64,000 nt of DNA from Candidatus Latescibacterota bacterium (GTDB lineage Bacteria; Latescibacterota; UBA2968): positions 13,728 through 77,727 of the forward strand of contig JAYODI010000005.1 in the NCBI GenBank assembly GCA_038279365.1. Direction: 5' to 3'. Below are positions 37,965 through 48,677 of this stretch, in pieces (position 1 is the stretch's first letter; each line of letters starts with the position of its first letter). The translations under genes and the position numbers were made by a program. The notes under the pieces were generated by a model, which saw nothing but the letters and a program-made list of their open reading frames with translations, searched no databases and was not told the DNA's origin.

Positions 37965-39608
37965 ATGGATAAAACGATCTTCACATGCATCAAAAATGAT
38001 GCGCCACACACCTATCAATTTCCGTGGCGCAACTTCACGCACCTCTTAAAAACACGTGCAGAACAAACACCTGATAAACCGGCGCTCATCTTTCACGACT
38101 GTGACACCGATGCGCGCAAAGTGATCACCTATGCCGAGTTTGAACGCCAAACGGCGGCACTTGCCGGTCACTTGCATCGCGATTACAACATTCAACCCGG
38201 CGATTGCGTGAGCCTTGCCTTACCCAACTGTTCCGAAATCCCCTTGCTCACCCTTGCACTCTTTCGCCTTGGTGCAACCTCAGTACCTCTCGACCTTGCC
38301 AAAGATGTGCCCGAACGCAAACGTTACAAAATCGAAAACGCCAAATCCAAACTCCTCGTCGTTTTGCCGGAACACGAACAAAAAGAACGTGAAGAATTAC
38401 CCCACGTTCCAATCGTAACCACCCAACAATTGCTCTCAGCAAACACCCCCCATGCCGATTTAGAACCTGAGTGGTCTGGCGATTCTAAATTGGAGCAAGG
38501 GGCAAATATTGTTCTCTACACTTCCGGCACCACAGGGCATCCCAAAGGCGTCTTACTCACCCGCCAAAGCATCACATCCAATGCCGATGGCATCATCCGT
38601 TGGTTGGGCTTTGATGAAAACGAACGATTAAACCTCGTTCTCCCACTGCACCACGTCAACTCCACCGTATTCTCCATCACCAGTCTTATGGTGGGTGGTA
38701 CACTCATCCTCAACTCTCGTTACAGTGTCTCGGCATTTTGGCGCGTTGTGGCACAAGAACAGGCCACCTCGGCCAGCATTGTGCCCACCATCATGGCAGA
38801 TCTCCTATCACGCAAAGAAGAAGCCCATGCCCACGACATTTCATCACTCAAAAAAATCATGATCGGCTCGGCACCCGTACCCGCCAAAGTGGCTGGCGAA
38901 TTTTTCAATCACTTTGGCATTCGCCTCGTGCAAGGGTATGGCTCCACAGAAGTCAGCTTGCGTGTCACAGGTGTACCACCCACCTTGCCCGAAGACCAAT
39001 ATCGCGATATTTTACAAAAAAACAGCATAGGCGCAGAATTGGCCAACAACAACATTTGCATTGATGGCAACCCACCCGAAGGTGAACCGGGTGAAATACT
39101 TGTCCGTGGTCCCGTCACAGCCAACGGATATCTGAACCAACCCGAAGCCACCAACGACGTCTTTAAAAATGGGTGGTTCTATTCGGGTGACATGGGGTTT
39201 TATCGCGACCTCTATGGTCACCGTTTTTACTTTATGCATGGCCGCAAAAAAGAAATCCTCATCAAAGGTGGTGTCAACATCTCGCCCATTGCAGTTGAAA
39301 ATGCATTGCGTGATGCCTGCCCCGAAATTGATGCCACATATGTTATTGGCCTGCAACACGACCGCTGGGGTGAGGAAGTTTGTGCGGCAGTCATCTTCAA
39401 TACATCCGTTCACGATACCCAAGAAGCTGCCAACAAAATTGTTGAAAAAGGACAAAAAGGCCTTATTGCCAACTTAAGCACCTACGAAGCCCCAGCACGT
39501 GTTATTGCCATCACCCAAGAAGACCTGCCGCTCACCTCAACAGGCAAAGTTCAACGCAGTGCGCTGAGAGAAAAAATCCAAATCTGGATTGATCAAAAGA
39601 AAGTTTAA
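37965..39608 (+). CDS. Class I adenylate-forming enzyme (acyl-CoA ligase-like)
   Basis: YTSGTTGHPKG, QGYGSTE, WFYSGDMG, GRKKE.LIKGG, TSTGKVQR. Confidence 0.92.
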   Translation: MDKTIFTCIKNDAPHTYQFPWRNFTHLLKTRAEQTPDKPALIFHDCDTDARKVITYAEFERQTAALAGHLHRDYNIQPGDCVSLALPNCSEIPLLTLALFRLGATSVPLDLAKDVPERKRYKIENAKSKLLVVLPEHEQKEREELPHVPIVTTQQLLSANTPHADLEPEWSGDSKLEQGANIVLYTSGTTGHPKGVLLTRQSITSNADGIIRWLGFDENERLNLVLPLHHVNSTVFSITSLMVGGTLILNSRYSVSAFWRVVAQEQATSASIVPTIMADLLSRKEEAHAHDISSLKKIMIGSAPVPAKVAGEFFNHFGIRLVQGYGSTEVSLRVTGVPPTLPEDQYRDILQKNSIGAELANNNICIDGNPPEGEPGEILVRGPVTANGYLNQPEATNDVFKNGWFYSGDMGFYRDLYGHRFYFMHGRKKEILIKGGVNISPIAVENALRDACPEIDATYVIGLQHDRWGEEVCAAVIFNTSVHDTQEAANKIVEKGQKGLIANLSTYEAPARVIAITQEDLPLTSTGKVQRSALREKIQIWIDQKKV

Positions 39609-39614
39609 ACCCTT

Positions 39615-41885
39615 ATGGAAACCAAAAAAATTGACATACTCGTCATCGGGGGTGGCATGGCAGGTGTCTTTGCCGCATTGGGTGCCAAAACCCCAGATGT
39701 TTCAGTTGCCATAATTGAACCTTCCAACGTACTTGGCGGACAAGGCACTGCAGGAGGTGTCGCAGGCTTTTGTGGAGACAGCCAACGTGTGAACGCGCCC
39801 TTTGCCGAACTGGTTGCCACGCTCTCCGAGCACAAGCTCATCGCCCCTTATAAACCCAATGCCGACCGCCGCCCCTTTGACTTGGAACACTGTGGGTTTT
39901 ATTTGCAAGAGCAAGTGGTTCAAGCGGGAATTGACATTTATTTTCATGCACGCGCCTTAGATGCCAAAGCTCAACATGGCACCGTCACATCTGTACGCAT
40001 CTCCTGTGCCTCCAATGAAATCATCTTTGAGCCCAAAATGGTCATCGACGCCACAGGCGATTGTGTCATCCCCGTACAAACTGGTTTTGAAACCTTCCAC
40101 GAACTGGCCAACGTACAATTGCCCATGAGCCTCTATTTCACCATGTGGGATTCAGGACAAAAAGTGACGCCCCATTTACCGCCCGGATGCCCCACGTGGC
40201 AAACAGATGACGACTTGCCCATGACCACCTTGCACATCTTTGACTCGGGCAAAGTCGAAATCAAAATGAAAGTGGTAGGCTTTGATGCGGCCGATGGTCA
40301 AAGCTTGTCTCAAGCCGAAATACATGCCCGCCGACAAATGATGGGCCTCATTTATCACTTACAAACAAAAGGCTATCAGGGCAAAAAACTCGACCAACAC
40401 ATCCTCGCATCGGTCTCTCGCCACATTGGCCAGCGCGAAGGCCGAAGAATTGTGGGCGAATATGTGCTCACCGAACACGACGTCACACACGCCGCCACCT
40501 TTGACGACGCCATTGCTGTAGGCACCTATCACCTCGACTATCACTGGCCCGACAAAGTGGAACGTGCAGGTACTGGCATCACCACCATGGTCGAACCTTA
40601 TCACATTCCCTTGCGCAGCCTCATTCCCAAAAGTGCCCAAAACTTGCTCGTGCCAGGGCGCGGGTTATCGGGCGATCAAATGGCCATGAGTTCGTATCGC
40701 GTGCAAGCCACCTGTGCACAAACGGGCTTTGCCGCAGGAAAAGCGGCGTGGCAATGTGTAAAAGATCAAACCAATCTCACCACCGTATCGGTCACAGCCA
40801 TTCAGCAAAACATTCAAAACAACGGCCAATCGCTCAACCTCTCAGATTATGGCGACTATTTGCGCCGCCGCATTCACACCCACGAACACATCTTCGAAAA
40901 TGCGCCCTTCGACTCGTGCCACGCCTCCTCACTCGTACAATTGCCCAACAACCGCCTGTTTGTCGTTTGGTTTGCAGGTTCTCGCGAAGGTTCCAACGAT
41001 GTGGGCATTTGGGGAGCCGAGCGCATCAACGCCCAATGGTCTCCCCCACGTCATCTTGTCAAAGTGCGCAACGAACCCCATTGGAATCCTGTGCTCTTCA
41101 CCGCACCCAATGGCAACGTACACCTCTTTTTTAAAGTATCTGTTGAAGGCCCACCCTTCCAAGGTGAACGCAAACGCGTCACTGATGGATGGGAAACATG
41201 GCGCATCATCTCCAAAGATGAATGCCAAACGTGGAGTTCTCCCCATCCTATTTTCCCTGGCGATCCCTTAGGACGTGGCCCCGTTAAAAACAAACCCATC
41301 TTGCTCTCCAACGGCGATTGGTTAGCGGGCGCATCCATTGAAATACGGCATCCCAACAACCCAACCAAACCCGACATTTGGGACGTTTTCGTAGACCGAA
41401 GCACAGACAATGGTCAAACATGGGTCGCATCGGAATATCTGCACCTTGACCGCTCCCAAACCACAGGCAAAGGTGTCATCCAACCCACACTGTGGGAATC
41501 AACAACTGGCCACGTTCACATGCTCACGCGCAGTACCGAAGGCATGGTCTACCGTGCCGATTCGGCCACATATGGGCAAACGTGGTCCGATTTATACCCC
41601 ATCAACTTGCCCAACAACAACAGCGGTTTAGATGTGACCAAGTTACCCGATGGTACCCTTGCGCTGGTTTGTAACCCCGTTGCCAAAAATCGCTATCCCT
41701 TATCCATTCTCTTATCAACAGACAACGGACACACCTGGCCACACCGCTTAGACATTGAAACCGAACCTGGTGAATATTCTTACCCAGCCATTATCCCTAC
41801 AGCCACAGGCATGGCCGTTACATACACCCACAATCGCAAAACCATCGCCTATTGGCATGGGGCTATGGAACAAATCATAAAGTAA
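39615..41885 (+). CDS. FAD-dependent oxidoreductase fused to a BNR/Asp-box (sialidase-like) propeller
   Basis: VIGGGMAG, IDATGD, REGRRIVG, YHIPLRSL; then CHAS, WFAG.REG, S.DNG.TW Asp boxes, NNNSG, YSYP. Confidence 0.82.
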   Translation: METKKIDILVIGGGMAGVFAALGAKTPDVSVAIIEPSNVLGGQGTAGGVAGFCGDSQRVNAPFAELVATLSEHKLIAPYKPNADRRPFDLEHCGFYLQEQVVQAGIDIYFHARALDAKAQHGTVTSVRISCASNEIIFEPKMVIDATGDCVIPVQTGFETFHELANVQLPMSLYFTMWDSGQKVTPHLPPGCPTWQTDDDLPMTTLHIFDSGKVEIKMKVVGFDAADGQSLSQAEIHARRQMMGLIYHLQTKGYQGKKLDQHILASVSRHIGQREGRRIVGEYVLTEHDVTHAATFDDAIAVGTYHLDYHWPDKVERAGTGITTMVEPYHIPLRSLIPKSAQNLLVPGRGLSGDQMAMSSYRVQATCAQTGFAAGKAAWQCVKDQTNLTTVSVTAIQQNIQNNGQSLNLSDYGDYLRRRIHTHEHIFENAPFDSCHASSLVQLPNNRLFVVWFAGSREGSNDVGIWGAERINAQWSPPRHLVKVRNEPHWNPVLFTAPNGNVHLFFKVSVEGPPFQGERKRVTDGWETWRIISKDECQTWSSPHPIFPGDPLGRGPVKNKPILLSNGDWLAGASIEIRHPNNPTKPDIWDVFVDRSTDNGQTWVASEYLHLDRSQTTGKGVIQPTLWESTTGHVHMLTRSTEGMVYRADSATYGQTWSDLYPINLPNNNSGLDVTKLPDGTLALVCNPVAKNRYPLSILLSTDNGHTWPHRLDIETEPGEYSYPAIIPTATGMAVTYTHNRKTIAYWHGAMEQIIK

Positions 41886-41895
41886 GGAGATACGT

Positions 41896-42213
41896 GTGCG
41901 TGCCCTCTTTGCACTCTTTAATCTCTTGCGCATCCGAGGCATTGCCTCTATTATTTTGAAACTGCCACAATACCTGCGTTTGTCTTGGCGCCTCATGTGG
42001 GATACACGCACACCCGCCCACCTCAAACTGTGGGTCTTGTTGGCAACCATATACGCCATTTCACCACTCGACTTTATTCCCGATTTCTTTTTACCTCTTG
42101 TGGGATATGGCGAAGACCTAGTATTGGTCATCTTATCCTTGCGCCACCTCATACAAAACAGCCCGCCCGACTTGGTCACGGAGCATGCCAAGGAAATGAC
42201 ACAGAAGAAATGA
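41896..42213 (+). CDS. YkvA/DUF1232 membrane protein
   Basis: YAISPLDFIPDF...GY.ED; AAGGAG SD. Confidence 0.85.
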   Translation: MRALFALFNLLRIRGIASIILKLPQYLRLSWRLMWDTRTPAHLKLWVLLATIYAISPLDFIPDFFLPLVGYGEDLVLVILSLRHLIQNSPPDLVTEHAKEMTQKK

Positions 42214-42214
42214 T

Positions 42215-42272
42215 AGATCACAGATCACAGGTCGAAATCTACACCAGAAATCGTTGACCTGAGATTTGTGGT
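42215..42272. repeat. Short inverted heptamer-type element
   Basis: AGATCAC AGATCAC AGGTC ... GACCT GAGATTT GTG. Confidence 0.45.
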
Positions 42273-42306
42273 ATTCGTCCTCTAACTTTCACTCTGAATA
42301 TTCACT

Positions 42307-44313
42307 ATGTCCAAAAACCCAACATCTCCATTAAGCACACGCCTATTTGATGCGCTATTCATATCGCTCATCATTGCAGTACCCCTTGTGTGGTCATCAG
42401 AATTTGTCTTTGTCGCCTATTATCCCAAACTACTGGCACTCTATATAGGCCTATTCTTACTCTATGGCGTTTGGATTTTCCAAAGCCATCGCCGTAACCT
42501 CTATTATACCTCCACCCTCACCCTCCCCATCATCGCCTATGTCTCGGTCGGCACGTTATCCATTTTTGTGGCCCACAATCGCGTAGACCCCATGCTCAAC
42601 CTGGCACACTTGGTTGCCTTTCCCCTATTCTTTTGGGTAGTACTGAACAATTATCGCAGCCAAAATCTCACCCAATATTTTGCGTGGGCTGTTGGCACAG
42701 GTATTCTGATTGCCCTTTTGGGTATATGCCAATATGCAGGTTGGGGATTTCACTGGATACCCTCAGCAGGTTTTCCAAGTGCGACATTGGGCTACCGCAA
42801 CTTTGCCGCGATGTATGTAATCCTATGCATTCCCATCTGCCTATATTTGTTTATAGATGCCACACAAGAAAAAAAACAATTCTTCTGGGGTATTGCTACC
42901 GCCATTTTGGTGACTTTCTTAATTTGTACCCGCACCCGCGGTGCCTGGCTCGGTTTATCAGTTGCTATCACCATTGGCATCTTGATTTCACTCATCATCA
43001 AAACCCACGATGGTCAACCCCTTAGAAAATCTTTATTCGCCACCTGCACAAAACAACATATCCCACCAGTGATCGTCGGTATCGTCATCACCTCGCTGTT
43101 TACATTTTTGGTGCCACCCAACATGCAAGGACGGGGGTTTGAATCAAACCGCCTCGACAAAAACAGCATCATCAACAATGTGGCCTCCATCATAGACCAC
43201 GAAAGAGACACACGCCAAAGCTTACAAACACGACTGGCCATTTGGAAAAATTCTTTGACCATGATCGAAAATACCCCCGTGTTGGGCGTGGGCCTTGGTA
43301 ATTGGCAATATCAATATCCACCCTATGACAACGGCGAAAGCGTTTGGGAAGGCGTCACACCCAAACGCCCACACAACGACTATATTTGGATCGCGACCGA
43401 ACAAGGCATCATTGGTCTGCTCACCTATATTTGGCTTTTGTCCACCGCATTTTTTATTGCCTATCGACTCATACGCACACGCAACAGATCACGTGTCGGC
43501 TTGCCCTTTTTTATTGCCATTTCTATCGCGGCACTCTCCACCCACGCCTTTTTTAGCTTCCCAAAAGAACGCCTTGACGTCTCCCTTTTGTTTTGGTTTT
43601 GTCTCACCGCACTGGCCATATTAGAAGCCGAAAACCGCCCACGCTCTCACAACCCTATTTGGCGATTTGCAAACATCTTGGCGCTTTTCATTTTGATATC
43701 TGGCCTATTTTTAAGTGTACGTGCCCTCAAATTTGATACCCATTTTGCACGGGCTCAAAATGCCGTGGAACGCAACGATTGGACACAGGTAGTACGCGAA
43801 ACATCTGCTGCCATTGATTATGGCATCTTTGATCCACAAGTCTTTCTTGTACGTGGTGTGGGGCATATGTATTTGGGCAATTATCAACAAGCCGCCCAAG
43901 ACAACCAAACCTGCCTGACGTATCACCCATACTTCTTAAATGCACTCAACAACATGGGTTCTATTTACAACGCACTTAAAGACTATCCAAAGGCCATTTC
44001 TTTTTTACAACGTGCACTCAAAATCAACCCACAACATGCCGATGCCTTTGCCAACTTGGGCGTTGCCTATCAGGGCCTACTACAATTTGACAACTCGGTT
44101 GCATCTTTTGAAACCGCCTATCAAATAGAACCCAAAAACACACAAATTCGGGGCTATTTGGCCAAAGCCTATTACAGCCAGGGCGAATACCACCTCAGCC
44201 AACAAGACACATCCAAAACCATACAAGCCTATCAAAGTTTTTTAAAAATTTGGCCAGGCGATGCACAAACCGCCAACATTGTTGAGCAAAAACTGCGCGC
44301 ATTAACAAAGTGA
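42307..44313 (+). CDS. O-antigen ligase/O-oligosaccharyltransferase (Wzy_C)-family protein with TPR tail
   Basis: ATLGYRN, TRTRGAWLG, RLAIW, GVGLGN, PHNDY...EQGIIG, FP motif; C-terminal TPRs. Confidence 0.85.
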   Translation: MSKNPTSPLSTRLFDALFISLIIAVPLVWSSEFVFVAYYPKLLALYIGLFLLYGVWIFQSHRRNLYYTSTLTLPIIAYVSVGTLSIFVAHNRVDPMLNLAHLVAFPLFFWVVLNNYRSQNLTQYFAWAVGTGILIALLGICQYAGWGFHWIPSAGFPSATLGYRNFAAMYVILCIPICLYLFIDATQEKKQFFWGIATAILVTFLICTRTRGAWLGLSVAITIGILISLIIKTHDGQPLRKSLFATCTKQHIPPVIVGIVITSLFTFLVPPNMQGRGFESNRLDKNSIINNVASIIDHERDTRQSLQTRLAIWKNSLTMIENTPVLGVGLGNWQYQYPPYDNGESVWEGVTPKRPHNDYIWIATEQGIIGLLTYIWLLSTAFFIAYRLIRTRNRSRVGLPFFIAISIAALSTHAFFSFPKERLDVSLLFWFCLTALAILEAENRPRSHNPIWRFANILALFILISGLFLSVRALKFDTHFARAQNAVERNDWTQVVRETSAAIDYGIFDPQVFLVRGVGHMYLGNYQQAAQDNQTCLTYHPYFLNALNNMGSIYNALKDYPKAISFLQRALKINPQHADAFANLGVAYQGLLQFDNSVASFETAYQIEPKNTQIRGYLAKAYYSQGEYHLSQQDTSKTIQAYQSFLKIWPGDAQTANIVEQKLRALTK

Positions 44314-44374
44314 CACATCATCCAAACAGTTTGTAGATGCGATGCTTCCAATCACACAACAAACTCACAAAATC

Positions 44375-45481
44375 ATGCCCAATACATTATCCAAAACACC
44401 TCCTAAAAATATTGGCAAACGCCTCCTAATATGGTATGACGCCAATAAACGCGATATGCCTTGGCGACACACCAAAGATCCCTACCGTATTCTTCTTTCA
44501 GAATTTATGTTGCAACAAACCCAAGTCGATACCGTTATTCCTTATTATCACCGCTTTCTCGAAGCATTTCCCACCGTTCACCATTTGGCCAAAGCCCCCC
44601 AAGACAAAATACTCAAAGCCTGGGAAGGCCTGGGATATTATGCACGCGCCCGCAACTTACACAAAGCCGCCCAAGCCATCTCCCTACAATTTGATGGCAC
44701 AGTTCCCAACACCTACGACACCTTGAAATCGCTCCCTGGTTTTGGCCCATATACAACCGCAGCCGTGCTCAGCATTGCCTACAACAAAGATCACGCCGTG
44801 CTCGATGGCAATGTTATTCGTGTCTTAACACGCCTTTTTAATATCCATGAAGATGTCACCCAAAACACCGTCAAAAAGCACCTATGGGAACTGGCCGAAA
44901 GTTTATTGTCAAAAGGGCACGCAGGCGATTATAATCAGGCGATCATGGAGCTGGGGGCAACCATTTGTACCCCCAAGAATCCCAATTGCCCAACCTGCCC
45001 ACTGGTAAAAGTATGTGAGGGCTTTCAGGCCAATGAACACGAAACCCTCCCCATCAAAGCCAAAAAGAAACCACGTCCACACCATACATGGGGCGCAGGT
45101 ATTGTGTGGCACAACAACAAAGTGCTTATCACACAGCGCCCACAAAACGGATTGCTTGGTGGTTTGTGGGAATTTCCTGCAGGTACGCAACAACCCAATG
45201 AAACCCTCCAAGAAACGTGCATACGTGGCATAAAAGAAACCGTGGGCATTGACATCCACATTCAAGATCGCTTTCGCAGTGTCAAACATGCCTTCACACA
45301 TTTCAGCATCACCGTTCATGCTTTTCAGTGTCAGTATATAAAAGGCAATACCCAAACACTGACATGCGATGCCTTTGCTTGGGTATCTTTAAAAGAACTC
45401 TCAGACTATGCCTTCACACGCACCAGTCGCAAACTATCTGATATGCTTCAACAAAACATGCAACATGACCTTTTTTCCTAA
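44375..45481 (+). CDS. mutY: A/G-specific adenine glycosylase
   Basis: SEFMLQQTQV, WEGLGYYARARNL, LPGFGPYT, DGNV, C-x6-C-x2-C-x5-C, NUDIX-like C-terminus. Alternative start 44342. Confidence 0.95.
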   Translation: MPNTLSKTPPKNIGKRLLIWYDANKRDMPWRHTKDPYRILLSEFMLQQTQVDTVIPYYHRFLEAFPTVHHLAKAPQDKILKAWEGLGYYARARNLHKAAQAISLQFDGTVPNTYDTLKSLPGFGPYTTAAVLSIAYNKDHAVLDGNVIRVLTRLFNIHEDVTQNTVKKHLWELAESLLSKGHAGDYNQAIMELGATICTPKNPNCPTCPLVKVCEGFQANEHETLPIKAKKKPRPHHTWGAGIVWHNNKVLITQRPQNGLLGGLWEFPAGTQQPNETLQETCIRGIKETVGIDIHIQDRFRSVKHAFTHFSITVHAFQCQYIKGNTQTLTCDAFAWVSLKELSDYAFTRTSRKLSDMLQQNMQHDLFS

Positions 45482-45534
45482 TCGTCACAATACAATCGCG
45501 CGGGATTCCCGCACCCGATTCAAAGGAATTCACC

Positions 45535-46287
45535 ATGAGTGTTATCTCTCAAAACCTCGCAAACCGAACCGCCATTGTTACAGGCTCTGCACAAGGCATT
45601 GGCAAGGCCATTGCACAACGCCTTGCAAAAGCAGGTGCCACAGTGGCCATTGCCGATCTTAACCTTGAAAACGCAAAAAAAACAGCGCAAGAAATAGGCA
45701 ACAACGCCATTGCCATTCACCTCGATGTGTCCAATGCCCAAAGTGTTCAGCAAGCCATCGATATCTGCCTTTCACAATGGCAACACATCGACATCTTGGT
45801 CAACAATGCGGGCATCGTGGGCTCGGGCACACCCGTTAAAGACCTCACCGAAGAAGATTGGCACAATGTATTAAGCATCAACCTCACAGGAGTTTTCCTT
45901 TGCGCCCGTGCCGTATTGCCCACCATGCTTGCACAAAAAAAAGGCGCCATTGTCTCCGTTGCCTCTATTGCAGGAAAAGAAGGCAACCCCAACATGGCCC
46001 CCTATGCCGTTTCCAAAGCCGGTGTTATCGGTTTTACAAAATCACTGGCCAAAGAACATCTACACGATGGTATTCGTGTCAACTGTGTGGCCCCAGCGCT
46101 CATTCAAACGCCCTTATTAGACGGCGTTGAACAAAAACAAATCGACTACCTCACATCCAAAATTCCTATGGGCCGTCTCGGACAGCCCGAAGAGGTCGCC
46201 GCCGTCATTCACTTTCTTGCCTCAGACGATGCGTCATTTGTCACTGGCCAATGTTATGATGTAAGTGGTGGACGTGCGACCTATTAA
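45535..46287 (+). CDS. SDR-family oxidoreductase
   Basis: TGSAQGIG, NNAG, YAVSK. Confidence 0.93.
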   Translation: MSVISQNLANRTAIVTGSAQGIGKAIAQRLAKAGATVAIADLNLENAKKTAQEIGNNAIAIHLDVSNAQSVQQAIDICLSQWQHIDILVNNAGIVGSGTPVKDLTEEDWHNVLSINLTGVFLCARAVLPTMLAQKKGAIVSVASIAGKEGNPNMAPYAVSKAGVIGFTKSLAKEHLHDGIRVNCVAPALIQTPLLDGVEQKQIDYLTSKIPMGRLGQPEEVAAVIHFLASDDASFVTGQCYDVSGGRATY

Positions 46288-46341
46288 ATAACCACGCCAA
46301 AACCCACCACGGCACCCAGATCAAGAACCACAAGGCAGTCC

Positions 46342-47325
46342 ATGAAAAATATCATCGAAAAATCTAAAACACCACCGCGCAAAGTCGTAGTGGGCACGCT
46401 CATGAAAAGTTTTTGGGGACCCTATGAAGGACTGTCTCACCGTCTTCGAAATTTGGGCAACAGCATCGACCAAATGGCACATCAGTCCATTCAAAAAGGT
46501 TATAACGGCACCCTTGACCTCATCGTTTTACCCGAAAATGCCATATGTGATGAAAACCTCCAAGACGCATCTGAAAAATGTTTGCCCTTTGAAGGCGAAA
46601 TACACAACACCTTTCGCACCAAAGCATGTCAGCACAACACGTACATACTGGTGCCCATGTTTCTCACCAAAAACGGCATCCTGAGTAATGCTGCAATCTT
46701 GTTGGATCGCTCTGGCGATATTGTGGGCACCTATCATAAAGCCAACCCCGTTTTGCCAAGAGGCGCTACCCAATATGAAGGAGGGGTTGTGGTTGGTACT
46801 GAATATCCTGTCTTTCATTGCGATTTCGGGTGTGTAGGGGTTCAAATCTGTTTCGACATCCATTTTGATGAAGGATGGCAAACCTTATCTGAAAAAGGTG
46901 CTGAAATTGTCGCCTGGCCCACACAATCTCCCCAGATCGTTCAACCATCTGCACGTGCCGAAAAAGAAGGCTATTATATCATCTCCAGCACTTGGCGCGA
47001 CAATGCCAGCATTTTTGAGCCCAGTGGCCTTATTGCCGCACAAACAGAAACCCATTCCATTCTCGTCCACCAATTAGACCTCAGTTATGCCATACTGCCG
47101 TGGCAACCCACACTTCAACAAGGGCAACTCTTTACCAAACATTATGGTGACAGTGCCGGATATCACTATTCATCTCGCGAAGACAGAGGCTTATTTTGGT
47201 CCAATGACCCTCACCTATCCATTGGAAATATGGTACAAGCATTGGGCTTGGAGCACAGATCTGAGCTTTTTGCCCGTTACCAGCGCAGCACACAACCTCC
47301 CCGCCCAACCAGTGACACAAAATAA
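46342..47325 (+). CDS. Carbon-nitrogen hydrolase
   Basis: VLPE, YHK, QICFD triad. Confidence 0.85.
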   Translation: MKNIIEKSKTPPRKVVVGTLMKSFWGPYEGLSHRLRNLGNSIDQMAHQSIQKGYNGTLDLIVLPENAICDENLQDASEKCLPFEGEIHNTFRTKACQHNTYILVPMFLTKNGILSNAAILLDRSGDIVGTYHKANPVLPRGATQYEGGVVVGTEYPVFHCDFGCVGVQICFDIHFDEGWQTLSEKGAEIVAWPTQSPQIVQPSARAEKEGYYIISSTWRDNASIFEPSGLIAAQTETHSILVHQLDLSYAILPWQPTLQQGQLFTKHYGDSAGYHYSSREDRGLFWSNDPHLSIGNMVQALGLEHRSELFARYQRSTQPPRPTSDTK

Positions 47326-47377
47326 AACAATCGCTTACAAGGCAAGAACTGTCAGCAATTTTTAAGGAATCGGGCAC

Positions 47378-48676
47378 GTGAATCTTCAAAGCTGGGGCAA
47401 TTATCCAAAAATAAAAAACAGTGTGTTTGTATTTGATCAAGAATCATCGCTTAAACAAATTATTCAAACACAAAACGGTTTGATTCCTTATGGCAATGGC
47501 AAAAGCTATGGTGACAGTGCATTAAGTGAAAACATCATCCACACCAAACCTCACAACCACTTCCTGTACTTTGACGAAATTACAGGTTTGTTACACGTCC
47601 AATCGGGCGTCTTACTCTCCGAAATATTAGACATCTTTGTACCCAAAGGTTGGTTCCTCAAAATAACCCCAGGCACAAAACTCATCACCGTAGGGGGTGC
47701 CATTGCCAGTGATGTACACGGCAAAAACCACCACATAGCAGGTTGCTTTAGCGAATGCGTGGATCAATTTCGCCTCATGTTGCCCAATGGTGACATTGTC
47801 ACCTGCAGCCAAAAAGAAAACATTGAATTATTCAGAGCAACATGCGGTGGGATGGGTTTAACAGGTGTGATATTGGATGCAAAAATCTACCTCAAAAAAA
47901 TCAACTCACAATACATCGCACAAACCACCATCAAAACCAAAAATCTCCAAGAAACATTTGAAGCTTTTGAAGCATACCAACACGAACCCTATTCCGTTGC
48001 TTGGATCGACTGCTTGGCCAAAGGCAAAAAAATGGGCCGATGCCTATTGACAGTTGGCGATTTTGACAAAGATGGCGACTTAAATTACCAGCATAAAAAA
48101 AAGCTGAACATACCGTTCAACTTCCCATCCTTTGCACTTAACACATTCAGCATCAAAGCCTTTAATTTTCTCTACTACAAAAAAATATTCAAAAAAATCT
48201 CCAAACAAAAAGTGCACTTTGACACCTTCTTTTACCCACTCGACGCCATTGCCAATTGGAACAGAATCTACGGTAAAAACGGCTTTACCCAGTATCAATT
48301 CATCCTCCCCAAAAACACAAGCTACAACGGCTTAGAAGAAATCATGACAACCATCTCGGCCTCGGGCAAAGGATCTTTTTTGGCCGTGCTCAAACTCTAT
48401 GGCAAGGCCAATGACAACTACCTCTCTTTTCCATTAGATGGATACAGCTTGGCCTTAGATTTTAAAATTGAAAAAGGCCTCTTTGAACTACTCGACAAAC
48501 TCGATGACATCGTTCTAAAACATCAAGGTCGCATTTATCTGGCCAAAGATGTGAGAGTAACAAAAGAAGTGTTTGAAAAAGGTTATCCGCACATTGAAAC
48601 ATTTAGAAAATTACGCAATCACTATCACATGACAGAAAAATTAAACTCATTACAATCACAACGTGTAGGAATATAA
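47378..48676 (+). CDS. DprE1-like FAD oxidase (polyprenylphosphoryl-ribose 2'-oxidase)
   Basis: SWGNYP, GKSYGD, TPGTK.ITVGGAIASDVHGKNHH, YSVAWID, QYQF, SFLAVLK, GRIYLAKD. Confidence 0.85.
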   Translation: MNLQSWGNYPKIKNSVFVFDQESSLKQIIQTQNGLIPYGNGKSYGDSALSENIIHTKPHNHFLYFDEITGLLHVQSGVLLSEILDIFVPKGWFLKITPGTKLITVGGAIASDVHGKNHHIAGCFSECVDQFRLMLPNGDIVTCSQKENIELFRATCGGMGLTGVILDAKIYLKKINSQYIAQTTIKTKNLQETFEAFEAYQHEPYSVAWIDCLAKGKKMGRCLLTVGDFDKDGDLNYQHKKKLNIPFNFPSFALNTFSIKAFNFLYYKKIFKKISKQKVHFDTFFYPLDAIANWNRIYGKNGFTQYQFILPKNTSYNGLEEIMTTISASGKGSFLAVLKLYGKANDNYLSFPLDGYSLALDFKIEKGLFELLDKLDDIVLKHQGRIYLAKDVRVTKEVFEKGYPHIETFRKLRNHYHMTEKLNSLQSQRVGI

Positions 48677-48677
48677 T

